A DNA stretch of 64,000 bases from Amoebidium appalachense. Taxonomy: Eukaryota; Protista; Ichthyosporea. The stretch lies in the NCBI GenBank assembly GCA_963693365.1, contig CAVNZM010000011.1, positions 4,348,639 through 4,412,638 on the forward strand, written 5' to 3'. This document shows, one piece after another, positions 33,658 to 56,728 of the stretch. The first letter of the stretch is position 1. The number at the start of each line of letters is the position of its first letter. Under the pieces are notes generated by a model. That model searched no databases, had not been told where the DNA came from, and saw only the letters and a list, made by a program, of their open reading frames with translations. Position numbers and translations under genes: made by a program.

Positions 33658-35366
33658 CAGATCTCTAGAAGGGGGTGCGCGGGCGCCCCAGGAAGGGAAG
33701 TGATCGTAAGAAAATCCTCACGAGAGAGAATTATTTAAGAAAGGACCACAAGCTAGAGACACGGAGAGAACTTAGCACACAGGAATCGATGCGAATGTGG
33801 TCACACTCGGTAAAGCTTTTCAGCGGGCGGCGCGCTGCGCGCGCCTCTATTCATGGAAGTTAGTCAGCAACACAATGTCTCTATGCTGAGATAAACAGGC
33901 GATTATAACACCTAAACGAAAGTATTAGCCTGGCTGTCTCAGGTTATAATGGTGCGGGTAGGAGCGGTAGGCGGGTGGTTACATGCGTGGTGAAAAACAT
34001 GACTGAGTTTTCACCAGAACCATGTGTGTTTTGGCTTCTCGGGCTGCCAGGTACAGGATATATTTACATATTAGCAGATAGGTATGCATAAATAATCTGA
34101 TTTATCCAAAGTATGTTTATCCCGGAAATACCCCACCTTTCGCGAGGCCAAAATGCGTGACGTCACAAAACCTCGGAAAATAGCCGACTGAAACCCAAAT
34201 GTCGAACCCTGTCCCCAAACCCGCGGGCTCGTCCAAAAAAAAGCTCACCTGAATTTTCGGGCCAATCCCTCGCTGCCATACAGATGATTGGTTCTTCACC
34301 TTTTGATTCATCTGTCCTCTAGAGCACAAAGGAGGGGTGCGAAATGACGACAGTTTCGTTGACGAGAGTTCGGATTGGGAAATCAAAAAAAAAATTACCG
34401 AAGCTTTTGAATTCAATAACTTGCTTGTTAGCAATCTGTATTTTTCATATTTAACATAACATAATATTAATTTAGAAGATAAAAAATCTGGATTAATATA
34501 TTAAAGTTAGAGAATATAGTCATTTTATAGATTTCTGTCTGATGTCAACATATCTTAGACCCCCCTTTCTTCCTTTGGGAATAATTGGGATGTGAAAAGC
34601 GAATATTTATGGCTCGATCGCGAGCGGATACGAGGATGGTTAGAGATCCATGCGTAAATAAATGCTTTATACTGGCACCGAACGCTTCACAAACATATAA
34701 TAAATACTTAACCACATAAAACTCTTTGTATACTTCAGCTGCGCATAAAAGTAATAACAACAACTCTACCCGCAGTTCAACTGACAAGTGCTCCCTGCTC
34801 ACTGTTTCTGGCGGTCCCCCTTGCCTTACTCTTTGCGCAACCAATCACAGCCTTCAGCGAGGAAAGCCCATTCTGTGGGTAATGATATGTATTCAATCAT
34901 ACGCAAGAAAATTTTGTGAGAGAATGTCATCTATTTCGTGGTATGCAGGCAGGTCAGCTGGCTCGAGACACCTTCAAAGAGAACTCTCCACACGTTATAA
35001 GCAACAAAAAAAAAGAAAGCTAAGTTTTATACTTTGTTAAATTCCTAATGTGTTATTCATTGATATGAACTTACAGGCTATTTCAACCCTTTGAAATAGT
35101 TGCATGATGAAGTTTTGTTTGTGGCATTTGATTGGCTGTAGATCCCTTCTGGCTTATGGCCCAGAATCTCGGAGCAGGGCAAATCGACTAGATTGGCCCC
35201 AGGAATATAAGGATTTATTCTGGCCTTCAAATTGTTGCCCAGCACAGTTCGGCCTTTAAGCTTCCCGTTCACAAATTTCTCCTGTGTGTGGCCGTACAAA
35301 AACCCTGGTACCCCACATCATAGTTACCTTAGAACACCTCCCTCTCACTCTGAACACACGTTGAAA

Positions 35367-36242
35367 ATGGTGAGAATCGCAGCTGAAGCAGAGATTCTTA
35401 TGCATCCTGCTGAGTACTGGGAAATTCGCAACACCCCAGAGTTCCTGGCCATCGAGTGCGAGTTTCTCAACAATGCATGCAAGTACATACACGAAGAGCA
35501 AGTGTGCGCGCAGGGAAGGAGACAGACACAGACAGTGATCACCAAGCCCGATCTCTCCGGTGTTCCTCAGTGGGTTCTTCGCATGGGTCCTGAGGATGGG
35601 ATAACATTCACCGACTACGTTGAGTTTGTTTACGACCACGTCGACACTCCGTACGTTTGCAAGGTGAAGACGGTGCCTTCGATTATGTCCGACAGGTGTT
35701 CAATCCTTGGTTGCCTTAAGGTCATCCCATCCCCCGATGGGCGCACATGCAAGCAGACTATAGAGATCGAACTTGCTGTGAATGTTTTCGGCGCCGGGTC
35801 GATTCTCGAGCAGGTTGTGGGAAGGGGTATCACCGAAGGGTATAAGAAGCTTCCAAGCATGGTCGAGAAGTGGAAGTCGGTGGCGTCAAGCGAAAACATG
35901 TGGAAGTTGGGTGGCATTAGCGCGGCAAGCGCGGCAACAATCACAAACCAGGAGGAGGAATGGGAAACAAAGAGCAATGTTTCGGAAGATTCAGAGTTTT
36001 ACGACGCTGATGAAACGGAAACGGAAATTGGGGAAGTTACACCAGCAACATCGGTAATGGACCTGTCAAGGGAGTCGTTGCCAAGCAGCGGGGAGGAGGA
36101 AGAAGGTATGGACGTCATCACGGCCCAGCCATCTGTGATTGTTCTGGACGAGCCCAGCGCAACCATATACGACCTTAGCCAGACGGAGCAACCTGTTACG
36201 TGTACTGTACCTAAGTTTGCCTTTAGCAACTTGTGGAGCTAG
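35367..36242 (+). CDS. Intronless START/SRPBCC-fold (DUF2505/VASt-like) lipid-transfer candidate with acidic tail carrying an FFAT motif
   Basis: 291-aa ORF from the ATG at 35367. The ~170-aa domain ends in ...CKQTIEIELAVNVFGAGSILEQVVGRGITEGYKKLPSMVEKWK, a helix-grip-like C-terminus, followed by an acidic disordered tail containing SEDSEFYDADE. The fold assignment is by pattern recognition. Confidence 0.75.
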   Translation: MVRIAAEAEILMHPAEYWEIRNTPEFLAIECEFLNNACKYIHEEQVCAQGRRQTQTVITKPDLSGVPQWVLRMGPEDGITFTDYVEFVYDHVDTPYVCKVKTVPSIMSDRCSILGCLKVIPSPDGRTCKQTIEIELAVNVFGAGSILEQVVGRGITEGYKKLPSMVEKWKSVASSENMWKLGGISAASAATITNQEEEWETKSNVSEDSEFYDADETETEIGEVTPATSVMDLSRESLPSSGEEEEGMDVITAQPSVIVLDEPSATIYDLSQTEQPVTCTVPKFAFSNLWS

Positions 36243-38184
36243 ACATACATAAGTTTGGCTATTGGTTTAGATAGGGAGGGGGGAGCGGGTTTAGAAGAGA
36301 ATAGACTAGCGGAAGGTCCGCTGGATTGTGTGAGAATGAAAAGCAGAGGATGGTGTTTGCAAAAATTATTGAACACGGTGTTGTTTTATGGGGTATGGGT
36401 ACGACACAAATCTTGTATATACAGTTGTTCTCTGTCTAACTTTTTCCTTGTTTTTTTTAAAGCATGTCAAAGACCTGTTTAGCCAACCAAATGAGAAATT
36501 AACTCTTCTTGTCATGCCTTTATCCCTACATATTTGTATTGTGACATGCAATAGTACCACCATGCTTTGTGTCTAGTGTACACCGTCACGTGGTGGGAGT
36601 GGCTGTCAATAGTATATATGCCAGGTGCCAAAAATAGCACCGCACCTTGTTGCTTGCCTTCTAAGGCAACATGCGCAGGAGACGTGACCTGACAGAGGGT
36701 TATATGCGGTCAAAATTAGTCTGGAAGGACACGTGGGCCGCTGGGCCGGCAGAAAATACAAAGTGCAACTACGTATCTGTACATACATTCTCCTACATCA
36801 GTGCCTGCGGTGTGTGTATCGAGAGCGCCTTATCCATAAGCACGTGTGTGTGTAGTTTTGCGGGAGTCCCTACGTATACCTGATCACTTTGCCTGAATTA
36901 AGGAAAGGGTTTCGGCAACCTTTTAATGTGTCGGGGAGCGCATTCGCATGTGACGCCGCTGTTTAACTTCGTTGTCTTCTGCTCTGTCCAGCAACGACTT
37001 CCTTGCAAATAGCTGCAACATTTGAGTCGACTCGAGTGCCTTTTGAACGGTGGGTTTTGGTGGCTACCGGTACCACCTGGTGTTTGTTTTTGTTTGTTTG
37101 TTTTGTTTGTACGTTCAGGATGGCTAGCTAGAAGTTGGCACAAGGCAGTCCTCGGTCTTTCTCCATTTCTTTCCTTCCTATTTTTTTTTTTTTTTTTAAG
37201 TCGAGATGGGAAAAGAGGGTGGTGGTGGTGGTGGTGGTGGTGGTAGGGGGGGAAGGGGGGATACGAGTTAGAAGCTCTTTGGGGTGTCACAGTTAAGTGG
37301 GGCTGTGGGCATTCATGATCTTCGAGAGGCAGACTGAATACAAGGCCCGAAGATCATGATACCAGTGGACGAAGCAGCCCCAGGCGAGGACCGGAGGCAC
37401 CCGTGTTCCATAGACAAGCAACAGTAAAATGAGATAACACGTAAAATGGCAGGGGAAGTCGTGTGTGCAAGAGCAGGTTCAAGTGGCTGTATACGTGTAT
37501 GTATGTACCTGTCTGTAACTTGCCCATCAAGTGCACCATGGGGACGTGTGTGTGCTTGTATATGGTGTGTGTGTTGGTGTGGTTTAAATTACTAGTGAGC
37601 GCAAGTAGCTGCTGGTTGTGGTTGTTGTGTCTTTGGGGTTGGGGGGAAATGGTTGTGGTGTGGTGGTGGGGGTGTGGCAAAAGCGTTGGAGGGGAAAGGG
37701 AGGCCAAACCTCCTTTTGGGGGGTGGGTGGGGGGGGGGGGGGGGGGGGGGAGGGGGGGGGGGGGGGGGAGGGGGAGGGGGGGGGAGGGGGGAGGAGGGTA
37801 TCTGGATTGTAAGACTGGTTCCCGCAAGGCAGCTGTACGCCAATTACTTGTAGTAAAATCCTCCTATTCTATCCTACTCTAACATCGTGCATGGACCAGC
37901 CATGACCACAAAATAAACAGTTACCTTTTTAAAAGAAAACGAAAAATCCAAGAATTTACCTACGTATCACGGCTTTCTCAGTTACGGTGTACACTGCTAG
38001 ATCTAAAGTAGGTGTGCCTTAATCGGTTAAGACTCACACTTCTTCTTGGTTCAGTGAAGCGCACATATACACGTTGACTTTTCCTCTCTTCCAACCTACC
38101 TCCCTCCCTGCCTCCCTCCTTCCCTCTTCTCTCCCTCCGTCTCCCCCATCCTCCCTCCTTCCTCTCTCTCTCTCTCTAGTACTA

Positions 38185-39306
38185 CTACCGACTTTTCAGC
38201 AACGGCTCCTCCTCACTAGCCCCCTCCTTTCTCTTTTCCACAATCCTATCTTGCCTGTGCTTATATAGAGCAAGAATGTGCTTCCCTGCCTGTGTCTGTC
38301 TCCACCTCTGCACGTGTGATTGGAAGTCTTCTGGTAATTCCTCCAACGAACACACCCTCTCACACACCTGATCCGGCCAGATGTTTAACATGAGCAAAGA
38401 AGCAGCTGTTATGTCGCCGCCGTTTATTGTCTCCGTATTGGATAGATGATTAACGGGTGTGAGGGTATTACTGCTCGTGCTTATATCACTCTCTTGAAAC
38501 AGTAGCCTCTTGCTGATATCAGACAAAACCTCGTCAATGTGAGACACGGATGACTGGTACCTCGCTTCGGTAAGGATGGGAAACACGGCAAAAAACGCAT
38601 CGACAAATGGCCAGAAGGCATAATCAAACACAAGTTGCTGCCATCTAGGTGCGTTCTTCTTCCAGGCAGTAGACATGATCTCTCTCCCGTGGTATCCCTC
38701 CTTTTTCACGGCCACGGTGTTATACCATAAAAGGGTAATTGGTCCCAGTTTGCGTAATTCCACACCAAGCCATTTGGAAAACTCCGCTATCTCAGCAGAA
38801 GGAAGAAGTCCTTCTTTCGATTTCTCATTGGCATACCCCACGATGTCAAATGAATCTGTGAGGATCCGGTTGTCTGGTGTTATGAGAATGGGCAATGTTT
38901 GGCTCTTGTTTCGAGTTAGCACTCGAACTAGCCAGTGCGCTCCGGGTGCCCAACACACTTCCTTGTATGGAACATGAGCCGCATCTAAAGCCCAACGTGC
39001 TCGTTCACAATAGTGAGAGTAGTGAAAAGTTATCAAGAGATGATGCCCAGGAGACCATCCAAAAGCCTTTGAAACGGATGTTTTTGCTAATTGATCAATC
39101 CCTGGAATGTGATCTAGCAACCAGACAAGCGAGGCTAAGAGCCATAAGGTGACACGAAGGAAGAGGTACCACACGAGGAAGATGGGCACAAGCAGGCACA
39201 CAAATAACTGCTTGGCCTCCATCGCAAACGGAACTATAGAAACTTTCAAAAATGCTTTACGAAAAAAATAGCGTTTCTGACTCTTGAGCTCCATGCCATT
39301 AGACAT
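38185..39306 (-). CDS. Glutathione S-transferase-like protein (GST N-terminal thioredoxin domain) with N-terminal transmembrane segment, intronless
   Basis: 373-aa ORF with LITFHYSHYCERARWALD...PYKE...PG.H...TLPIL...LTDSFDIVGY and a C-terminal DITAASLL helix motif; hydrophobic stretch at about aa 35-65. Confidence 0.87.
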   Translation of the reverse strand: MSNGMELKSQKRYFFRKAFLKVSIVPFAMEAKQLFVCLLVPIFLVWYLFLRVTLWLLASLVWLLDHIPGIDQLAKTSVSKAFGWSPGHHLLITFHYSHYCERARWALDAAHVPYKEVCWAPGAHWLVRVLTRNKSQTLPILITPDNRILTDSFDIVGYANEKSKEGLLPSAEIAEFSKWLGVELRKLGPITLLWYNTVAVKKEGYHGREIMSTAWKKNAPRWQQLVFDYAFWPFVDAFFAVFPILTEARYQSSVSHIDEVLSDISKRLLFQESDISTSSNTLTPVNHLSNTETINGGDITAASLLMLNIWPDQVCERVCSLEELPEDFQSHVQRWRQTQAGKHILALYKHRQDRIVEKRKEGASEEEPLLKSR

Positions 39307-40073
39307 TAATTAATCTAACTTTGCTGCCCCTTCGACAATATTTCACCATTTTGACGACTTCCTACAGGCCAAAAGTGACGTCATGTTGAAAGACTACAAA
39401 TCCACCTTTGTACATGTATTCGAAACCAAACAAAATTTATAAAAACAGGAACATGAGCACACATGTGCACACGTGCACAAGGCATGTTGCCTGAAATGGG
39501 CACAAAGGACCGAACTCAAAGTTGACGTTTTTCCTCTTCAACTTTTTGTCGACTCGAGCATGACCGATCAGGCCGACGGCGCGCCACTGGGCCGTGGAAG
39601 TGAGCATAAATTGCAGTTTATCATTTCAATCAAGCATGATGGTGGCATCACCATCATGATAGTATGGAATGTGCATGTGGTAGGAAAAGGTGTTATCCAG
39701 CCCTCTGCCTGTGTTCCATTACTAAGTGCACACCCATCTAGTTTGGGCACCTTTCAAACGTATTACGCCCAAGAACCCTGCACAGGGTTCGAGCTCTGCG
39801 CAAGAACTTTGGCAACCACGACTCAGATACCAGCACGGGTATATATTTATTTTGGAGATACTTCAAGGAAAAGTATCGTCACACCAGAATATACATGAAT
39901 ATGACTATTATTCTCTTTGACCAGAAAAAATGTTAACCTTAACTCCGGTGCACGTGGTTACATTCTTTCAAACTTTGTTTAATATATTTCTTTTTGTTGT
40001 TTCGTGTCTTTTCATTTCTTCCCTTTCTTTCTTTCGTTTTTTTTTCCCTGTCTTTGCCTGGTGGCCCGGTAGT

Positions 40074-45438
<5,365 letters not shown>

Positions 45439-46253
45439 TTTGAAGGATTGGTGCCGAAGACGGCAAACGGGGACTAATATTACGAGTATATGGTAATGCA
45501 ACCTTCTATTGCAAAAAAATCCTCTTTATGTCCCAACTTGATCACTCTCCAAAAACAAAAAAAAAGTGTAATTAGAGTCTTTGCTTTTTTCGTTTTTGAA
45601 AAAGATCGATGGATCCAAACAAGTTAGGCCAAGCGAAAAGCGAAAATTTTGATTCTATATTTAGATTCTAATTCTGAAATACTTTCTATATTTAGCCGTG
45701 AGCCCTTTTTGAAAAGTTTCGTAACATCTGGGCCAAGAAAAGAGCAGGCCGGCTGAGGCCGCCCGCGCGCAACAAGCCTCTCAAGCTCCGCGGAGCCCTC
45801 CATAGTGCTCAGGGCCTTCGTTTTTGGTTTTGCAAAGGAAGAAGACGGGTTGGACGAAGACCTACATTAGTAATGGTACAGAAAGATAGGCATAGAGAGA
45901 GCTTGTCATATATATTTTTGTTTGGTTCATTAGTAATGGGATAAGAAATGACCATCTCGAAAGTTTATTACGTTGTTGTTTGGTTCACTCTCAGACCGAA
46001 GCTCTCTCTGAAGGTGGATTTCGTTGTAGTGGCTCACTTTTCATATCCAAGGAGCACAACCCTTATTTAGGCCATCTCAGATAATATATACTATGCAGAC
46101 ACGGTCTTAAAACTGTGAGGAGACAGATGCTTAATCGTCTTACAGCTCATGAGATGTGGTTAACAACCACTGTAACGAAGGTGTTTCGAACAGGATTGCT
46201 GTACGGCAACCCTAAGTTAACGCCATTGACAGAGTCCTAGACGTAGGGTAAAG

Positions 46254-51805
<5,552 letters not shown>

Positions 51806-52630
51806 CCATACAAACGTGTTGATTCAGAAGTGTAGGTTTTACACCGTATTGATTCTGCCATCGATATAGTCAACTTTGGGAGACAGGGAGTGAAAAAACA
51901 ATGCCTTGGGCTGATAGCAGGGGGTTAAGTTTTTTTTGCTAGTGCAAGCAAACCTGAGGGTGAGTGGGGTGGGTGGCGTGGATGTTTTGCATGTGCAGTG
52001 TGCACTGTGAGGGTGATTGATGTGTGTGTGTGTGTGGTGTGTGTTGGGGTGGGGTGTATGTGTGTGGTGTGGGGGGGGGGGGGGGGGGGGGGGGAGGGGG
52101 GGTTGGGGGGGGGGGGGGGGGGAAAGGGGGGGGAGAGGGGTGAGTTAAACTTTATCCGCGTAAGTAGGCTATTGTTTAATTGGTTCCACGGTTGTGATCA
52201 GATGAGGGTATACAGATTTGGAAGGCACAAAATAATCTATATGGACGGGGGGTAGCAACTGAAGACGGAAGGGTGACCCTGGGGAGGGGGGGGAGGGGGG
52301 AGGGGGGAGGGGGGAAGGAGGAGGAAAGGGGCCTGGCTACTATGTAGAGTAAACGTTAACCGGGATGGTAAAGTAAAAACCCGGCTGTATGATTCTGAAA
52401 GTCCGTTGCGGCCTAGGGCCAGATCGCCTGAGCCACAGTACTAGTAGATGCAAATAAAGGATAATCGTGCTCGGACACGAGCAGAAAAAGATGTGCAGGT
52501 TTTATTAACTCTAATTACATAGGCAGGTCTGTATGGTATTATCATTTCCCTCAAATTTCGCCAAAGTCTATGGCTTCAAGAAGGGGGGTGGGGTGGTTGA
52601 TGGGTGGGCAGGGCGGGCCGGCGGCGGCGG

Positions 52631-52692
<62 letters not shown>

Positions 52693-53859
52693 CACGCCCA
52701 TGCCCAGAGGAGGGTTCTACCTGGTGCGGGGGGAGTGTACGTGTGTTGGGGGGGGGACCGTGGGGGGAAGGGGGGGGGGGGGGGGGGGGGAGGATCAGTC
52801 TTTGTTGCATGCTTCCCGCCTGTGACCATGTGCCTGCAGGTGATTGGCCATGAGTCACGTGACCTGAGGCTCCTAGATGCAGACTCACGGCCCTGGATAT
52901 GGAATAACGGCCTCAGCTGGCACTGCGAAACTCACGGGGAAAAAGGAGGGGTGGGGGAGAGGCATGAGGGGAGGGGGAAACGGGGGCGGGGGGGAGGGAG
53001 AGGGGCGGGGGGGGGGGGGGGGGGGGGGGGGGAGGGGGGGGGGGGAGAACCAAAGTATCGGGAGATCGCTTTGTATCAACCGCTACTGAAACCAAAAAAA
53101 TGAAAAATAATTCAGTGGAAAACCGTGAACCCAAAAGATTACAACCGTTTGTGTGTCTGGGCCCCAAATCCCAACCCCACGTTATAAAGGCCTGGCGAGC
53201 CCTTTATTCACTCGGAGATTGAATCGTCCCCCCCTGGTTTTACGTCATCGAATTACACATTATATTCTCCAATTAGGCGCCAGGGGACTTCCGTCGTATC
53301 AGATTTGTATGCATTGTTGTGGATGGGGAGAAAGGTTGGGGAAGGGAAAGTGGGGTGGGGTGGGGGGGGGGGATGGACGGCGGGGACTTCAAAGGAGGCC
53401 CTGGGGACATTTTGGGGGGGGGGGGGGGGGGGGGGGGGGGAAGGGGGAGGGGGGAAGAAGGGGGGGGGGAGGGGAGGGGGGGGGGGGGGGGGAGATTTGA
53501 GATAATCAGAAGTTGAGCAGCGTAGTTTGGATGAGGTGCACGTGGGGATAGGTGTAGAGATTCGGGATAAAATGCGGAAGGGATGGTTAAAGGTCATGTG
53601 TAGAGAGAGAGATGTCGTGACTCTCTTGGCTGGTTTTTTGCATCCACTGTATTACTAACCCTAATACCTCATTTGGTTAGCAGTTAGTCACATGATGATG
53701 GCCCGTAGCCCAAACAAACAAATATGCGCAGGTACTATCAAGGGTGAAACGTACACGGCAATTGGTTCGTCCACACGGATAGGGGGGGAGGGGGGGAGGG
53801 GGGGAGGGGGGAGGGGGAGAAGGAGGGGGAGGGGGAGGGCGAGGGGGAGGAGGGGAGGG

Positions 53860-53898
<39 letters not shown>

Positions 53899-54239
53899 GG
53901 GGAGGGAGGGGGACGATCAGCTAGCTACGTACTGACGTGTAGGAAAAAAATGCAATGTGTCGAAAGTGTGGAAATGACTCGAGGTGTCTGCACTGTTTGG
54001 TTTTTTTTTGTTTTTTTTTTGTTTTTGTTTTTTTTTTTTTGGGGGGGGGGGGGGGGGGTGAAGGGGGGAGGGGTTCTAAGTTTCTTTTTTGGCAGAGGGG
54101 GTGGAGTGGGGGGGGGGGGGGGGGGGGGGGATGGGAAGGGCAGAGCGGGGGGAGCGGGGGGGGGATAGGGAGATATGGGGGAATGAATGGATGGGGATAG
54201 GAAGGGAGGGGAAATGGGTGGGAGGAGGGGCGAGGGGCG

Positions 54240-54274
<35 letters not shown>

Positions 54275-54958
54275 GGGGGGTCTCCGAGGATAAGCAAGAG
54301 GTACTGTAAACAACTTAAGAAGAATCAGTATTAGAGACGCGGGGAGGTTGGGGGGGGGGAAGGGGGGGGAGGGCGGAGGAAGGGGGAGCAGTTGTGGTGG
54401 TGTGCGTGGTGTATGGGTGTGGGTGTGGGTGTGGGTGTGTGTGCTTGTCGCGTATGTGTCTGTGCTGGTGTGCTTTTTGTGTGTGCACACATACGATGTG
54501 GACATTTGCAATTGAGCGGCACATTCTGTGTACACCTCAATCTTGCCTGTAGTTACAGGGGCCTGAGAGTCACTGTGCACTGATTGGGTTTTCTGTCGGT
54601 TTCAAATATGAATTTTAATTCAAAAGAGGATTCGCGGGCTCTCAAACCTCAACTCAAATAGTACTCTTTACATCAAATATTCCTTTGATGATGGCTACTA
54701 TAAAACTTCAGCACAAACTTAAAAAAAAAGGGGGAAATGCAATAATTTAACATTAAAGATCACAGCGCAGACTTCGCCAATACATTATAAATGTACAATA
54801 CCGTGGCCACCTTTGTATGACCTGTATCTTTGATCTATTTACATTTAAGAAATCAAAAAACAGCCTAATTGCTCGGGTTCAAACCATTTGGAGGGGAAAA
54901 AATATACCAAAAAGAGAACATGATCATCAAGTTATACTACACATCTTAAAAAGAAAAT

Positions 54959-56728
54959 CTAATACAGCTCAGGCCGCAGATGCGCAGCAGTGATCCTCTT
55001 TGAATTGTGAGCCCTGTATGTCAGTGTGACCGTGATGGCGCTGCAAAGCACACACACGACATTGAAAGCCATAGGTGCCCACACACTCACATCCACCAAC
55101 ACGTTCGAAAAAAGCGGTCCCAAACCGCCAAAAATCGCAAACGTAATGTTGTAGAAAAGGAAACCCGTCACGCGTAGGTTCGTAGGGAACAATTCGGCCA
55201 CCCAATACAACTGCACGCTGTTTCCCGCCAAATTCTTCAACACACCAATCAAAACCAACGACATATAGTTTGCAGCCGCATTGTCGAGCATCGCCGTCAT
55301 GAACGACCACACGCCGGCCGTTGCGGGAACGGCGATTAGAAGAAGAACCATAACCACACGACCAACACCATACATGTCCACCAGCGGGAAAATCAATATG
55401 GTACCAATAATCGACACAATGTTCATTACAACGGTCGCATTGTTTGCACCGTTCACCGTCGCCACGCCATACTCCTCGACGAACGTAAGACCCCAGGTCC
55501 CACCCACATAGGTGGTGCATGCGAAACCCGCCACGCCGAGCAACACCGCCAGACAGTTGAGTGGGTAGTAACGCATGACGTCCCACACCAACAAAAACCG
55601 TGCACGTGCACACTCCGCAGCCCTTCCTGCCCTTGACCGAGTTGTGTTGCTGCTGGGAGCAATGCTTGCAACCTCGCCCGGAGCAGCATAATCAGTTCCA
55701 TCTTTCTTGTTTGCGTTCCTTTCGGTGTCGTTGCTGGAAGCCGTGCCGATTTCCATCTCAAACACGTGAGATTCGCGCACGCGTGAGCGAGCAATGATGG
55801 CGATAAGGCCCGGGATAGCAACAACGAGGTAAGGGATGCGCCAGCCCCACAGGTTCATCTGGTCGGTAGTGAGGGTGCTAGTGAGAATATCCACTATAGC
55901 AATGGCCAAAAGGGCGCCCAAATATGCACCAATGAGCATGATGCCGCCGCCTGCGCCGAGAAGCCGCTTGTCTTTCAGCTCGGCAAGTTGCACACTGCAC
56001 GTTCCCACCTCGCCGCCAACGCAGAATCCCTGCAGGGCGCGCAGAATGATGAAAATAACAAGCCCCGCTGTCCCTGCGGCGTTACTGGACGAGTAGTATG
56101 TAGGCAGGCAACCAGGTAGAACAGTGGCTATTGTCATACCGATTATCGACAGAAGCATTGCGATGCGGCGACCGTGGACGTCACCCAGCCAGCCAAAGAA
56201 AAGGGCACCAAGGGGGCGCATGATGAAGGAGAGAGCAAACACCAACCACGTGAGGTTGCTGTTTCCTTGGAAGAAGTTGATGTTCATCTCTGACGACAGA
56301 TAGCCGTAAATGTTGAATTCGTACCACTCGAATATGTTGCCGATGATGATGTACCACTGTGCGAGCACAAGGAGCCATGTACCCTTTGCATACCCTTGCG
56401 GGAGAACTCCATATTGGGACACAGGGACGGGAACGGCGGCGCTCGCAAACGACTCATCAACGGATGGGGTTTTCTTTTTGTGTTCGTGTGCAACGACTTC
56501 TTGTGCCACGGTGTGTGCACCGAGAGGGATGGTTTCAAACGTAGTGTTGCCGTCGGCGTTTTGCTGGCCAGTGAGTGCAGCTGTGTTTTCGGAAGGGTGG
56601 GTGGCTCCGGTGGAGGGTGAAGAAGTGTTTGTGTGTGTTGGTGCAGAGCCGGGCGTGGTGGGTGATTGAGGTGGTGAAACTACGTGCGTAACAGGGACAG
56701 AGCTCACGCTCTCGGTATTACGGGCCAT
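54959..56728 (-). CDS. MFS transporter, metabolite:H+ symporter (ProP/ShiA/KgtP-like) family, intronless
   Basis: 589-aa ORF with IGNIFEWYEFNIYGYL, FIMRPLGALFFGWLGDVHGRR, RALQGFCVGGEVG, WGWRIPY and AELFPTNLRVTG; about 12 hydrophobic segments and an S/T/P-rich N-terminal extension. Confidence 0.93.
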   Translation of the reverse strand: MARNTESVSSVPVTHVVSPPQSPTTPGSAPTHTNTSSPSTGATHPSENTAALTGQQNADGNTTFETIPLGAHTVAQEVVAHEHKKKTPSVDESFASAAVPVPVSQYGVLPQGYAKGTWLLVLAQWYIIIGNIFEWYEFNIYGYLSSEMNINFFQGNSNLTWLVFALSFIMRPLGALFFGWLGDVHGRRIAMLLSIIGMTIATVLPGCLPTYYSSSNAAGTAGLVIFIILRALQGFCVGGEVGTCSVQLAELKDKRLLGAGGGIMLIGAYLGALLAIAIVDILTSTLTTDQMNLWGWRIPYLVVAIPGLIAIIARSRVRESHVFEMEIGTASSNDTERNANKKDGTDYAAPGEVASIAPSSNTTRSRAGRAAECARARFLLVWDVMRYYPLNCLAVLLGVAGFACTTYVGGTWGLTFVEEYGVATVNGANNATVVMNIVSIIGTILIFPLVDMYGVGRVVMVLLLIAVPATAGVWSFMTAMLDNAAANYMSLVLIGVLKNLAGNSVQLYWVAELFPTNLRVTGFLFYNITFAIFGGLGPLFSNVLVDVSVWAPMAFNVVCVLCSAITVTLTYRAHNSKRITAAHLRPELY

